Shown: positions 25,450 through 39,925, numbered from the whole stretch's first letter. The stretch: 63,573 nt of DNA, filler included, from Intoshia linei (GCA_001642005.1; 10 parts of 10 records of this genome joined end to end with filler, not necessarily neighbours in it), one strand, 5' to 3'. The notes: generated from the sequence alone by a model not told the origin. Numbers and translations are program-made.

Positions 25450-27416
25450 ATGTATTTTAATTGTTTTGGCTCCAACTACAGAAAACAGAGACGCATTGAA
25501 AAAGATACAAATAAAAAAATTGAAAAAGAACTGAGGAAATGTAAAAATAAAACTCAAAATGTTCATAAACTATTATTGTTAGGTTTGATCTTTTAATGAT
25601 TTATTTATCGAGTTTAATTTTCAGACTAAAAATTGAAGTTAAAACTTTTTAAATTTATAGTCAATAATACTATAAAATCTTGAAAGTATATCATGTAATG
25701 TGTCAAACTTATGAATCAATATAATAAAACAAAATAATTACCCAATGACATTGTAGTACAGGCCAATTCCTCGTTAACGGAATTTTTGGTTTTGAAACAA
25801 AATCCGATTCCGTTAACAAGGAGTTTTTTTCTAAAAACATTCATTTGTAAATAATTAAATGGTTCTACCACATAATAAGGAATTGATGTACGATTGGAGC
25901 GACCATGTACCCTCTTAAATATCAGAATTAAATGTTTTTAAAGTCTCATCATGTTTTTTAGGAAATGGAGAATCAGGAAAATCAACCATACTTAAACAAA
26001 TGAAAATTTTACATGTCAATGGGTTTGATAAAGAGTAATTTTCTATTTTTAACTATTCGTATCTTATTGAAAAAAGTGTGACCTGCATTGTACCAGTATT
26101 AAAGGCATGGTCAACCATTTCTATATTTTGGGTCTTAAAATTAAAAAGTTAAATTTAACTATTTGTATAAAGTATCAGACAGTTAACCTTGTAAACTATA
26201 ATTTATAATTAATATTATACATTTAGTGAATGTTTAAGATCTGCCATAGAGATTAGACGGAATATCAGAGACTGTATGATCGTAAGTATTAAATTATCAT
26301 TGTTAAGTCTAAGTTTTCCTTAGTCCTTATTAACAGAATTTTTGATAGCGAAAATGCAATTTTAGCGAAAAAATTGCATTTTAACGGAATTGATTTTTTT
26401 GCAGATTTGTATGAATGAAAAATTCCGTTAATAAAAATTTATCTCTAAAGCTCTATTATCTATTTTCATATAATACAGTATAATGTCATGGGATATATTC
26501 AGTATCTGCTTTTTATCAGTATTAACGGATACATCCCTTTAAAAACATTTTTCCGGTGAAAGAATATTACTCACATTGAAATAAATACCAAATATCAAAA
26601 AAACAGTATATAGTAAATTGATTTTTTAATCGTGAATGTTTAACTGTATGACATTGAAATCTTTTGAGGATAATTGAGATTTCCAATCCGGAAAGATTTA
26701 ATTTTGGAAAAAACAATTAGCTCCATAACCTCACCCGCGAAAAAATGTACTATAAATTGTTTATTTTAAAACTATACACCTCTTATTTTCTTAAATAAAC
26801 TGGAAAATATAGACTGAGACATAAATTTTAAGCTAAAGAAATATTTAAGTTATTAACATAGTAAAAAACATATATGGTACCTACAGTTTAATAGGTGTAA
26901 TAACCTTTGTGTCCTACACCCTTGAGACAGATGTCTACCATTTTTACAGTCAAAACATACAGTATAATGTTAAAAAAGCATATTAAATACATTTTATTTA
27001 AATTAACCAGAATTAAACTAAAAAGTAGACTATCATTGAAGCAATGGATACATTGGATCCTCCGATAATTTTAGAAAACGAAAATAACAAAGATTCATTA
27101 AACTATCTTAAAAATAGTGAAAATGATATCGAATTTGATTTTTCACCAAAATTTTTCGATCAAATCAAAATTTTATTACAAGATCAGGGTATAATTGATA
27201 CATTTCAAAGATGTTCAGAGTTTCAGATAATGGATTGCGCCCATTAGTAAGCATTTATCAAAATATTAATATTATATATGAAAATAGTTTTTTTGAAGAA
27301 ATCAATAGAATATCTCTTAAAACATTTTACCCAAACGCACAAGACATTCTCCATTGCCGTGTATTAACCAAAGGAATAATTGAAACTCACTTTTCAATTG
27401 ATAAAATCAAATTCCA
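25450..27416 (+). CDS. Heterotrimeric G protein alpha subunit, Gs family, divergent; first 5 exons, truncated before DVGGQ
   Basis: [15 protein letters not shown]|[21 protein letters not shown]|..IRRNIRD..|[33 protein letters not shown]|..[18 protein letters not shown]. Confidence 0.9.
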
Positions 27417-27596
27417 GTAATAATAATACGTTTACTATATCGGTAAAGTGCACAGATCACCATTTTAAAAAGTGGTCTATATTTTACCAACTACCAATGC
27501 ATGCCGTTCACCTTTTCCTCTATATAAAATGATTCCATCCAAATATTTTTGGTTTTGGGAGTTTCTGGGACGGAGTGAACAATATTATATAATATA

Positions 27597-27975
27597 CTAG
27601 CTTGACTATTATGTACTACGTACAAATAACCCCTAGCTCTGCCAAGGGCACATTTTTATTATACTAAAAAAATAAATTCATGTTGAAAATCTGACTTAAA
27701 AATCCTACTATTCACTATTATCAATCCTTTAAATGAGTGGTTCCCAAATTTGTTTCAGGTGGAACCATCATATAACATTACTTTTTACTTTAAAGTGTAT
27801 TATTCCATCTCAATTTTTTTTGTTAAAATTTGCGTAAAGAATTTAAAAACAATTGTTATCCCATTTTTTTAATTTATTAGACAGAATGTGTGCATAATAT
27901 TAAAAATAAAGTAAAAAAAGTCCAATTCTAAAAATTGTCATAAATAGCATAAATTCCAAAAAAAATAAAATTATA
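27597..27975 (-). mobile_element. Helitron 3' part
   Basis: CTAG terminus at 27597-27600 plus subterminal hairpin; near-identical to 58397-58775. Confidence 0.72.
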
Positions 27976-28291
27976 AAAACCTATATTTTGTCATTTTCAA
28001 TGTGATGACAGTTTCACTACCAATTTAATAAATACTTAAAAATACCAACTGTATATCAATAATTAACTGAATCTTCACTTTATAAACATTTCAGTCGAAT
28101 TTTACCATTATTGCAAAGAATTTTTTTTTTACTAAGTTTTTTTAGTTTCGTTGTTTAGTTTCTTATTTAAATTTGAATGTTTTAATAAAAATGTTTTGAA
28201 AATTAAAAGTTACGTAGCAGTAAAAAAAATTCAGAAGAAATGAATTATATAGATTTTCACCCATATGTCTTTATTGGAAATGTGTAGACGT

Positions 28292-28391
28292 NNNNNNNNN
28301 NNNNNNNNNNNNNNNNNNNNNNNNNNNNNNNNNNNTTAATTAATTAANNNNNNNNNNNNNNNNNNNNNNNNNNNNNNNNNNNNNNNNNNNN
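28292..28391. other. Artificial contig spacer
   Basis: 44 N + TTAATTAATTAA + 44 N. Confidence 0.97.
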
Positions 28392-29306
28392 TTTGGTAAT
28401 GTTGTTTAAAAATAAAAAATGAACATACAGACAAAATGGCTTTTTCTGATAAAAAAAGTGGACACCCTATTGTCCACCTTTGTGGCTGTAAAAGTTTTTT
28501 TAGTATTAAAAATATCCAAATATTATAAAAATATATTTCTGCCCGTCCACTAGAGTTCTACAACCATAAGAATAAACAACTATATAAATATGAAAACTAT
28601 CCACTCGGGCTCAGCCCAAGTTGCAGAGTCACAACTGCTGAGATGTACTTTTTGATTAACAGCTATTATCCATTTATAAAAAATATAGAGAATAGTGAAG
28701 TTTATACGAAGAGATAGAACTAGACAAGACCAATTGGATCTAAATCAAAAACATATAAATGACGATTTAATGAAAAGAAAGAGCAACATTGAAAAAGACA
28801 AAAACAAATATACTGCTTCGTTATTTGAAGTAGTCACTGAAAAAGACGAAAGGTATCGTTTTATCATTAATAAATATAAATATTATATATGTTACGGTCC
28901 GTTTGAAACCTTTTACTTACATTGTATATAAAATGAAATGTCATTGTATGTTACAGTTTAATTAAAATTTAATATTTTGAGTTAACAATTAAAAAATTTG
29001 TTTATATTATTTTTAAATTTTAAATATTATAAATAATATTAAGAGTCCTAAAATTTAAAAAACTCCATTTCAAATACACATTCAAGCGTGATGCAGTTTC
29101 GCACATTTAATTATCAGAAATTAAGACTTTCATGGTCAAAACCACTATTTTATAAAATTAAAAAACTGTTTGTACAAAGTACAACACATTGAAGCCAGAA
29201 CAATATAAATATGAACTAATGACTGTTAAATAGCCATTAATCCAAGTTAAAAATCCTAAATACATTGTGTATAATTCCAATTCCTAGATTAGTCCAAAGT
29301 CATGAG

Positions 29307-29785
29307 CAGAGCTGTCTTAAGCTACTTCGTGGCCCTGAGCTAAGAAAGGACCGGAGGCCCTTTAAACTTTTGAACGAAGCGATAAAAAAATTAGGGCCCC
29401 TTTTTTGAAAATTAATAAGAGAAAATCAAAGATTTCCCTACGTTCTTTTTTGAATATTCACTTAATAGAAAGGTTTTAATGTTTAATATTATCATTTGAA
29501 ACAGTTTTTATGTCAATATTATATGATAAACATTGTTGAATATATTTTAAATTGAATAATTACCAGAATTATGATTATTTAAACTATTTTCTTTCTAGCT
29601 ATTTGAATTCCCACACTTCAAAACTTATAAACTGTTTTTTAAGATATAAATGTGAAGTATTTTTTAATAAATTAATGCCCTCTTTTTAAGATATAAGTGT
29701 AAAGTAGTTTTATTAATTTGGGGGCCTTTTTTAATGAGTGTCCTTGGGCTACAATCCATATTGCCCATACCTTAAAACGGCTCTG
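29307..29785. mobile_element. hAT MITE (family shared with 45355-46127)
   Basis: TIRs CAGAGCTGTCTTAAG / CTTAAAACGGCTCTG; perfect 8-bp TSD gtcatgag. Confidence 0.88.
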
Positions 29786-29959
29786 GTCATGAGTCTTAAT
29801 AGATTTTACAGCCCATTAAAATGCATTTTAAAATTATGTAAACAATTTAAATTAGTCATAAAAACGAAAAATTGCGCCAAAAACAAATTATAAACTCAAA
29901 TATTCAAAACAAAAAAAAAAGAAACAAAAATTCAACTAATTGGGAATCAAATTAATTAC

Positions 29960-32900
29960 ATTAGGATCTATTCCTGTCGGATTGTGTGCGCATGCATGCA
30001 ATAATATTGTTGATCCATCCGACATTTCCTAAATAACATCATAAATGAAATTAAACCACCGTTATTATGTCATTAATCATATACTTTTGTGTTAAATCAT
30101 GATACACATAATAATAAACTTAACACACTTATTAATGGTAATTTATCATTCTATTAGGAATGATTCAGCATTTGTAACATTTACTGAAATAAGGTAATAG
30201 TACTATCAATGGTCATACAATATCTACACTTTTAGTTGAATGAAAAAAGTATGATCTATAAATTGTCAGATATCTTAAAATATAAATTAGATATCGTTAT
30301 CGCCATAATAGCAGCAATGCCACATTGTACAATGTACATTAGGATGTTAACCTTGTTAACGAGAAAAAAAGTATTTTTGCCATATCAGTCATTTTGTATT
30401 ATCTACAAATATGTAAAATCTCAGACTTTAACTATTAATGTAACCCTCGCGCAAAATTGTAAAAAATTAGGAAATATAAAAAAAGAGTTAACAATATAGT
30501 TACAATATATATAATATAATTGTAAAAAAATATAGTTCCAATTCGAGTAAAATTCCTAGTATTCTATAAAAGACATTAGTCTTCTGCAAAGTGATATAGA
30601 TCCAGCTGAAGTTCAGCTGCTGAACACGATTTATTAAAATATACAAAAAGTTTTTATTTTTTGAAGATTGTGAATTTATTGTATTATTTACTAATAAAAT
30701 GGCAAATGTGCGAGGGTTAGACTCAGTGCCGAACCTACAGTACCGAGATCTCTCTACGGGCATCGACGCAAGTTTTGTAAAATAGGGTCCACATTTTAAA
30801 TACAGTTTTTTCCGGGGGTGTTAGCTAAATAAATTTCAACCTCCCAAACTCACATCTTACGGGTCAAAAAGCTCAATTGTTCTTTTTTTTGAAAATCAAA
30901 CGTGTTCAAGAATTTAAAAAAAATATATACTCTGATACGGATTTTAAAATCATAAACATTATCATCAATTTAAATTTAAAAAAAAATCTTCAGGGCCAAA
31001 AACCAAAATTAACCTTTTTTTTAATGAAAACAGCCCTAGTTAACTTATAATTGCCGTAATCATAACTATTTTATGTGTTAAAATTAAAATGTCAAATCAA
31101 GAGTCTTACAGAGGCGTTAGAGGTATATAACACTGCATAGTTTGTAAAAAAATTTTAGGAGCTTATTTTTCATTTTCGGTGACCTCAAACTCGGTAGGTT
31201 CGGCTCTGATTAGACTTAACGAAATTATAAAAAAAAATTTATAATTCTATTCAGCATAATACAAACTTAAATATACATTAATTGTATCAAGAAAGTTATT
31301 TAAATCAAATTTCATTGTCTTTTTATCATAATAATTGTATCTTTTGATATTGAGGGATGTTTCGCTAATGATATAATATAAATAGATTTAGTCATAATAA
31401 TTACCGATAAATTCCAAGATGGTTTGGCCAGGTTGGATCTGGAAGCCATATATCTTTATTTTCCATAAATTTGTTCTAATTTTAATATAATTTTTCATTT
31501 TCAAACAAATTATTTCACATATCCAACGGCCCGAAAATTAAAAAAAAGATTATTCTGATAGCTGTTTGTACTTATTAGATAACATTCAACCTATTTTTTG
31601 CTATAAACAACATTAATCAATTTAAATAAAAGTTATGAACTTCCCACATTGTACCCAACCATGCTCGATCTCTCAAAAAATCAAAATTAGACCCAAAAAT
31701 TATTTCGTAAACGTGCATAGATACATATAACCCTAACCAACTTTTCACGGTATAGGAAAAATGAAACCACCATTTTATAAAAATTTCGTCAAGCTGGCCT
31801 CTCCTAAAGAGGTCTTGGTTTGTAAGGTTTTGCTGTGTGTCGACCTGTGACTGTGAAGTTTTCGAAATGAAATAGTCTCTTATATTAATTAATATTTCAA
31901 TCGCCGGTGTAATAGTGATTGCTGCGATATCCATAGTGTCGGTGTTCATTGTAATCACACTGGACTAACAAAATACTACTTTTTAAGAGTGTTATATTAA
32001 AATGTCTGGAAGTATTGTACAACTTATTTCTTTCATAATAGTTAAGTACAAAGTTGAGATATTGAGATAAGGATATCAATGCGTGCTGACCTACATTTAT
32101 AGTGATTATTCACATTCATATTGGATCATTATTTGGTTAAAATTATTATTTAATTATTATTATTATTAAAACATTATTAAAGATCTAAATTAACAAGGAA
32201 GTAAGGCTCGCTAAGCATGCCTACTGACATTTCATTTAATCTAATTAAAAAAAATAATGCATCGTATCTACGCATAAACAGGTAAATTTTGCATTGTTAA
32301 TAATTGTAATCGTTAAGCGTTGTCATTGAATTATAAATTGAATGTAACCTTAAAAAATATTGTATAGTAAAGATTATAGAGATAAAAACGTTGGGTTATT
32401 ACGTGTAATTATAAACATAAAATCTTCAAACCAATTCTGAGAAATTCTCTGAAACTCTGAGATTCTCATAAAATAATAGAAAAAAAAGAACTCGAAATGT
32501 TGATAAAATTTTGATGATTTAATAAAAATGAACACATACAATGAAAACTGAATATAATTCAATCATACTGCAGATACATACAGATCATACAGAGATTTCC
32601 AAATACCGGCCTGTAGAATTTTGTTTTTTTAAATTTTGCCTAGTAATTTCGTTCTAGTGGTCCGCGATAAATTTTATAATATAATATTATTCGTGGTGAA
32701 GAACTTATGGGAACCCTGCAATATGGAACACTCAAGAACTGACACGTTTAAAATTTAAAATTATTTTTTCCAAGCCCCGCCATCCTTCATTTTTTAAAAG
32801 GGCAAAAGTGTTCCATCGCTATATAAAAACCATTATAATATTTACATAAAATTCTCCAATGATCCGTAAAGCTCCTGTTCCAGAAACAGTTTGGATAGAA

Positions 32901-33105
32901 GCAATCTAAATAACAGCAATCATGTTAAGATTAATTAATATAATAAAAAAAAAAGTTAATTTTAAAAAATAAAAACCCTTTCATCGCTTTCCACGTTCAT
33001 TTCATTTTTAAATGCCAAATGTGAAGCCAATTTACAAAATTTATTATATCCTGCTATACCAGCATATTCCTTGTCCATATTTTTATCAATAATCATTTTT
33101 TGAGC
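29960..33105 (-). CDS. GOT2: Aspartate aminotransferase, mitochondrial type; five internal exons
   Basis: AQKMIIDKNMDKEYAGIAG; IASIQTVSGTGALRI; DIWLPDPTWPNH; YNYYDKKTMKFD; GSTILLHACAHNPTGIDP. The 5' and 3' exons are not found on this contig. Not in the ORF track. Confidence 0.88.
30788..31040 (+). mobile_element. Helitron internal fragment in a GOT2 intron
   Basis: Colinear with 16265-16520 (aatttcaacctcccaaactcacatcttacgggtcaaaaa). Confidence 0.6.
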
Positions 33106-33697
33106 CTAATTTTTGAATATTGATTATATTAACACTTTTTGTATTATTGTTTTTATCACTTTCACTGACAGCGTTTAATTTTCAAATAATTTTCTTAAAA
33201 TAAATCAAAATCAAAATCGACATAATATTATATAATATATATATTATATAAACCAATTAATTTTGCGCGAAATATGGTAATATGAAGTGAATTATATAAA
33301 AGTTCTTGTCGCGCGAAGGGTGACCAATATAATGTCGCCATCGGTTATATAGCATCATCATTTAACTAAAGTGGCCAGATATACGTATTTTTTTAAGTTA
33401 AAAATACGTACTCAATACGTAATCAATAGTTTCTATGTAAACGTAAAAATTTTGCTGTATAAATTTATATATAAAGATGTTTATTTACGTTTGATTTGAA
33501 ATAAACTTTCTCAATTGTAATTAAATTAAAAGCACACTTTATCAATATTTTTCAATTTGAAAGTAAAACAAATTTAATTAGTAATTAATAATTATTTCAA
33601 AATAGTCAAAAAAATTGTTCTGATTTTGATAAATGTATACTAAATAACAATGATTTGTGTCTAAAAATTAGGTCTACTGATAAATACTAATGTAATA

Positions 33698-34338
33698 CAG
33701 TGGTTGCCAAAATGATAAAGCCACTCTTAATTTCGCTATAATTAACGTAATAACATTCATAATCACTCAAAATTTTACAAAGTGATAATATAATACATTT
33801 TTATATTAATTAGCTGTTAAAATTTATATTTTCACAATTCAATTAAAAAATATTAGCACTTTTATAATTTTTTAAAAAAAACTAAGCGACAAAATGATAA
33901 AGCCAGAACACAAAACAATTAAATAAATACATAATTTAATAACTAATACTACATCCATTCGATTTTATTATGTCTATACACCGTTTCGACATCGAATTTG
34001 AAAGATTCTTCAAAATTATTGGCTCAATTGACTCCCAGGCGTTAATTATTTCTCCCTTTAGTGGCGATTTAGACGAAAACTGTCTTATCTCGTTATCTTT
34101 CCTGTAAATACGCCTTACCATGATGCCCCACATATTTTCAATGTGGTTAAGATCTGGACTACATGATGGGCATTCGAGAATTGGTATTTGATGTTCATTC
34201 ATGAACAATTTTGTCGATTTTGAACAGTGTATTGAAGCATTATGTTGCTGAAATGTAATTACAGGGCCAAATATATTACTTCTGGAGTCAATTAAATACT
34301 TTTTTATTACATTTTGATACTTGTGACTATCCTGCCTT
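33698..34338 (-). mobile_element. Tc1/mariner element, right end with transposase C-terminus
   Basis: FQQHNASIH..PSCSPDLNHIENMW..LSNSMSKR..IIKSNG; TA|CAGTGG terminus; direct repeat caaaatgataaagcca near 33708 and 33890 (IR-DR). The second catalytic D appears mutated to H. Confidence 0.85.
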
Positions 34339-34438
34339 NNNNNNNNNNNNNNNNNNNNNNNNNNNNNNNNNNNNNNNNNNNNTTAATTAATTAANNNNNN
34401 NNNNNNNNNNNNNNNNNNNNNNNNNNNNNNNNNNNNNN
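34339..34438. other. Artificial contig spacer
   Basis: 44 N + TTAATTAATTAA + 44 N. Confidence 0.97.
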
Positions 34439-36072
34439 GTAATATTTTTTATTTGAAGTCAACTTATATATTTTTTCAAGTGTGTAAAAAAAAATCTCAA
34501 GTGTGTATTTTTTACACGCAAACACGTACTTTGCCATCACTGCTATATATTTACTGTTGAGTACTATACAGTACTATATTAGTTACGGGCAAAAATTATG
34601 CGGCCATTCTTCTATTTCATTTAAAATAAATTTTTCACCTGAATGTTAAGGCTTAGACCACTATCCTTGAGGAGATTTCGCATACGGTGAGATATTGATG
34701 ATGACGCAACGATTCTTCCAGAATTTTGAACTCTACTTGCCTTGCCTTTTTAATGTTTTTTTGAATTCTTTCTTTCTAAACGGTTGTACTTTTCAGATTT
34801 GAAATATTATATACAACTATAAGAAAAACGTTGTGGTTTTTTGCAATTTTAATTTTTTCAATACCCTTCTGTAAATCATCTTCAATAAATTTGTAATAAT
34901 TTTGGAAATAGTCATATTATAATTAATCAAATTAATTTAAAATGAAGTCTCAATTTATTACCCCTTATATTGTCATGCAAAATTGTTGAGACTCACTTAG
35001 TTTCTCAAAATTGAAAAAATTAAATATCTACGAATATATTCGATTTTTTTTTTAAATTTTTTTTCCAATTACGGGTCTTGGGAATCTGCATCATATAAAA
35101 AAATCAGAAACTTATATGTTCATCTAGACAAGTTTATATAACTTCCAAAATTGCTGGGGGTATATAGTAAGTCTTTTTTCATTTTTAAAACTATGAATAA
35201 TTTGTGGTTTTGACCATAAAGATATACGTTCCTGATACTGAAATTTACGGCAGGTTAATGATTTTAAAACGCGTCTCAGAATTTATGTTTTTTATTTAAA
35301 TTTAAAAATTTGGGTTTTTATATTAAAAAAAAGGAACATTGGTTTTTTAACCCTAAAGGACTCAGTTTCTTTTTCAAGGGAAATAAAACTTGAATAAAAT
35401 CATCACTCGCAAAACTCGAAAAACTGTATTAAAAATTAGTTTTTTTAATTCTACGACAGTTAAATTTTTCAAATAACTGGTAAAACACAGACACATAAAG
35501 TCATTTAATTTAATATAAGTAAAGGATAAAATTCTCATAAATGGCAGAAAATATTTATAATTTCAGCAACGTTGAATATAAGAATTTGTAAATTGATACA
35601 ACATTAATAAAACCATACTTGTAGTCCTAACAATGTTCATCCAATTTGGTAAATGATGCGTGATATTGACTAATTTATAGGTTAAATCATGTAAAGTAAA
35701 CGATATTCACCTAAAACACTCAAAAACATGATTTACGAAACAAAAAACTAATATTGCGTTACAAATATTTAATTTATAATTAAACAAAACAATATTAAAT
35801 AGACAGATGTTAATATTTTTTATCTGCTTTCCTTTACTGTTTGTTTTCCTCATTATCTTACAGGTTAAGCTAATTGAAAAGTGAAACAACTATGGATACT
35901 AAAAACCACAGTTTTTAAGCAAGTATGACATATGAATCTTTTGTTTTATGTAGTACACTAATTTATAACTGTTTATTTTATTCACAGGAAACCAAGTGTT
36001 TTATTATTCATCCATATATTACTTGATTCTTAATTGCATTTTTATCGATTTTTAAATAATTATATTATTAAC

Positions 36073-38855
36073 ATGAAAATGACTTGCTCTTGTAAAAGAT
36101 GTTGCATTTTTTCAATTCTAGCATTTTCACTATTAATCCTCATATTTGGTTTGGTAACATGGCTGGTTTTACCCACTTTGATTTCTAAACTAGTTAGAAA
36201 GGTATGTAAAAAGTCTGAATATATATAATTATTGTTTAAATTTTAGAATCTCATCATATCGACTAAATCTTCGATTTATGACATGTGGGTTAAACCAACT
36301 GTACCAATATATTTCACTTTTGAATTTTTTATTGTTACAAATAGAGATGACATTTTCAAAGGTGAAAAACCAATATTAAAAAAAACTGGACCCTATGTTT
36401 ACATGTAATTTATATTCATACTCAAATATATTTTCGTTTAGAAAGGAAAGAATTAAAAAAAACGTTGTTTTTAATAGTAATGAAACTGTTTCATTTAATT
36501 ACCAAAATTTTTATTATTTTCAAAAAAACTTAAGTATTGGCCCAGAAACAGACATGTATGTATTTGTCGACTTTGTTACTGCTGTAATTTTTTGCGTTTT
36601 ATATATATTTAAATATAGGCATCATTATCTGTACATTATTATGCCAATGAAACGGGGAAAATGGATGTTTTTACTATATTTGATTATCCATTTAATACAC
36701 AATTTTTTATGAATATGTCTGTCAATCAATATATTTTTGGGTATCAGCACCCTGCTATGATGAAATTGAATAAAATGTATCGGATGCATGAAACTACAGA
36801 ATTTGGTGTTTTGGCCGATGATACTTTAAGAAATGGCTCCTTTTCTAAAACGTTTGAAGTTTGGACTGGAAGTGATAATGTACACCCAATTGGAGAGTTT
36901 GCTTCATGGGATTATAAAAAGTAATTATTTTCGACATTTACAATTTTTATTGATTTTATTTTATTATTTATGTTATTATTTTAACATTAATCATTGATAA
37001 TTTAATAATTAAATTATAATTATTCAGATGTTAATCGTTTTAACCCCTTTCAATAAGATTTTCAAAAAATGTTGAATGTGTCTAATAAAATGGTAGAAAA
37101 ATCTGAAAAAATAAAAATATTTATTTATTAACAGGGTATAGTATATTGCAGGGATGCCGAACAAGTCGATTGCGATCGACTGGTCGATTAAATTTTTGGG
37201 CTGATTTATGTTTCAAAAAAAAGAGGAAATTGGGTTGATTACCCTTAAGGCCTCACATTTTGAAATTGAAAGATAGATATAAACACGATTTGGGAAAAAC
37301 TGTATTAGAAATGGGGTTTTTTAAATCTTGCAACTGTCAATTTTTTTAAAAAATAATTATACACACAGACATTCATTTTTATATAAAAAAAGGATTATAT
37401 AGTAAAATTTGATGCTTTTCTTTGAATTATTGGGGTAGGACACTCATTTAGATACAGTGGGCGGGAAAATTTGTTTTTGACGATGTGTAATTATTATTTA
37501 TGTAATTATTAATAACACCTCTGCTTTTTTTCAAAATAGTTACCATTTCTGACATGCTATGACCGGCTACCATCAAAGTATCAATTTTTGCCTTTTCGCT
37601 TGAGGTCAGTTTATTTCCAGGTGATATCTAGTGTAGATAATGCTAATTGACAATATATAGATCCCAAAAAATAATTAAATCTAATAATTATACCTTTTTA
37701 TTGACGATTAATCTGTATTTTGAGATATTTTGGTCCCTAGCGAGAACTCTATATATTGTTTAACTTTAAAATTTACTCAAATTTTATGACCAAAAATATC
37801 TAGTATATATGGGAAGAGATGTAAAAACTTTTTAATAAATTTAACAAAAAAATAAATATATTATCTTGAAAATGAAGGAATCAATGACTGTTTTTATAAT
37901 GTTTCATATTTTTTCCAGCAGTGTATGATAAAAAAATAAATAAATATTGATTTATGTTTAGTTACCTGACTTATTGGAATACCAAAGAATCAAACATGAT
38001 AAATGGAACAGGTAGAATAATATATAAAAAGTGTTCCCAAAATTTCGCACATTATTACAGTTAAGATTAGTGGTTCTTAACCTTTTTTAATCTATGCACC
38101 CCCAAATATTGTTAATTTTTTTTACAATTAATCTCAAATTGAAATCAACTACAAATTTAAATAGGAAATTCATTAATTTTACACGGCTTATATAGTTAAC
38201 TAGGTTGACTGTTATGTACAACGTACAAACATCACCTAGCTCTACCGAGGGCACATTTTTATTCTACCAAAAAAATAAATTCATGTTGAAAATCTAACTT
38301 AAAAATGCTACTATTAACTATTATCAATCCGATAAAGGAGTGGTTTTCAAACTTGTTTCAGGTGGAACCATCACATCACCATAATTTTTACTTTATAGTG
38401 AATTATTCGGAATAATTAGGTCTTTAACACTTAATGAAAACATCCACTTTTACCAAAACCTTAATAAAAAAATAGTTTATTTTCAATGAAACTTTATTTT
38501 CAATATAATATATATAAAATGTTGAAGTCGGGGCAGAGGAAAATGTTCAAAATTAAAAAAAAAATTATGCTACAACTGATTTCTAAGTGAAATTGGAAAA
38601 TAAAAGTGCTTATACTCAAAAATATTTATTTGGTGATAAAGTGAACCACCCTAATATATACAATACAGTTAAATATACTAATTACATACGTATGATAATT
38701 TTTGAATAAATAAATATTTTATAGATGGTTCAAGCTGGAGCCCAGGTATAAAAAGGGATGATATATTGCAATTATTCTCACCTGAACTGTGCCGTTCAGT
38801 ATCACTGGCTTATGAAAATGATTCATCCGTGCTAGGCATATCAACATTTAAATTT
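36073..38855 (+). CDS. CD36 / scavenger receptor class B family protein, 5' exons
   Basis: Cys-rich N-terminus plus TM; YDMWVKPTVPIYFTF..TN..GEKPILKKTGPYVY; SVNQYIFGYQHP; YW..NMINGT|DGSSWSP..FSPELCRS. Confidence 0.9.
38200..38408 (-). mobile_element. Helitron 3' end in a CD36 intron
   Basis: CTAG terminus plus hairpin; same family. Confidence 0.7.
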
Positions 38856-38999
38856 GTATTTTTTATTCAACGATTATAACACTGTCCAAAAATTAAAAAA
38901 TGTGACCTCCAAAAAATATATATTGATTTGGATTTTATTAACGATTTAATTTCTGAAATTTTGGCGAAATAGCCAATTAACATTGGTTTAAATTTTAAA

Positions 39000-39351
39000 T
39001 TTTTGCATAATATGAATTCCATAAAATCCAAAAAAATTGAGCTAGAAATAAATTAAAAAAAGTAAACTGTATAAATAAACATGTAGAACAATATTATAAA
39101 GTCGATACCACGTTTAAAGGCTCAAACGCCAATTTCCGTTAAAATAAACTTCAGTTTTAATTTCTCCATAATATTTATACAGTGATATTTAAAATGTCAA
39201 ACGCAACTCGAATAGATAGCGTTAAATGTTTTTGATTGCGAATTAGTTTTGCTTATTTAGTATATTTTGTTATTTAGTTTATTTTAAAAATACACACTTT
39301 TAGTGCTAATTGCCTATCGAATTCTAAAATTTTCCAAAAAATTTGACACCC
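39000..39351 (-). repeat. Dispersed repeat, inverted copy of 59092-59403 (likely DNA-transposon end)
   Basis: gggtgtca..ttttttggaaaattttagaattcgat..gcaattagcactaaaagtgtg is shared by both copies. Confidence 0.7.
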
Positions 39352-39417
39352 GAATGTACTTAGTACAAACAGCACCTAGCTCTGCCGAGGGCACATTTTT
39401 ATTTTACCAAAAAAATA

Positions 39418-39517
39418 NNNNNNNNNNNNNNNNNNNNNNNNNNNNNNNNNNNNNNNNNNNNTTAATTAATTAANNNNNNNNNNNNNNNNNNNNNNNNNNN
39501 NNNNNNNNNNNNNNNNN
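39418..39517. other. Artificial contig spacer
   Basis: 44 N + TTAATTAATTAA + 44 N. Confidence 0.97.
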
Positions 39518-39744
39518 TGGTAACATTAAATGGTAGATTAATTTTGTAAAGTAAATAAATTTTTAGATTACGATAATAAAAATATCAATTTATCTGTAAT
39601 TTACTATTTCATTTAATAAACAATATTTAACATCAACGCTGACTCCTAAAATTTGGTATACAGATACGTATAAATGATAAAAATATAATTATTGATTGTT
39701 ATATTACGATAACATTTTATTATAATTATAACGTTCATCAAAAT

Positions 39745-39925
39745 AAAAAAAACTCAACTTTTAGTATATTTCCCGCCCTTGAGCACCACTATAACATTAT
39801 GGTAGACTTGTAAAATTTCGTACAGATGTATANAAAATCAAAAAAACTCAACTTTTAGTATATTTCCCGCCCTTGAGCACCACTATAACATTATGGTAGA
39901 CTTGTAAAATTTCGTACATATGTAT
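39745..39925. repeat. ~88-bp tandem duplication around a single N (probable assembly overlap artefact)
   Basis: aaaaaactcaacttttagtatatttcccgcccttgagcacc... occurs twice, separated by an N near 39833. Confidence 0.75.
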
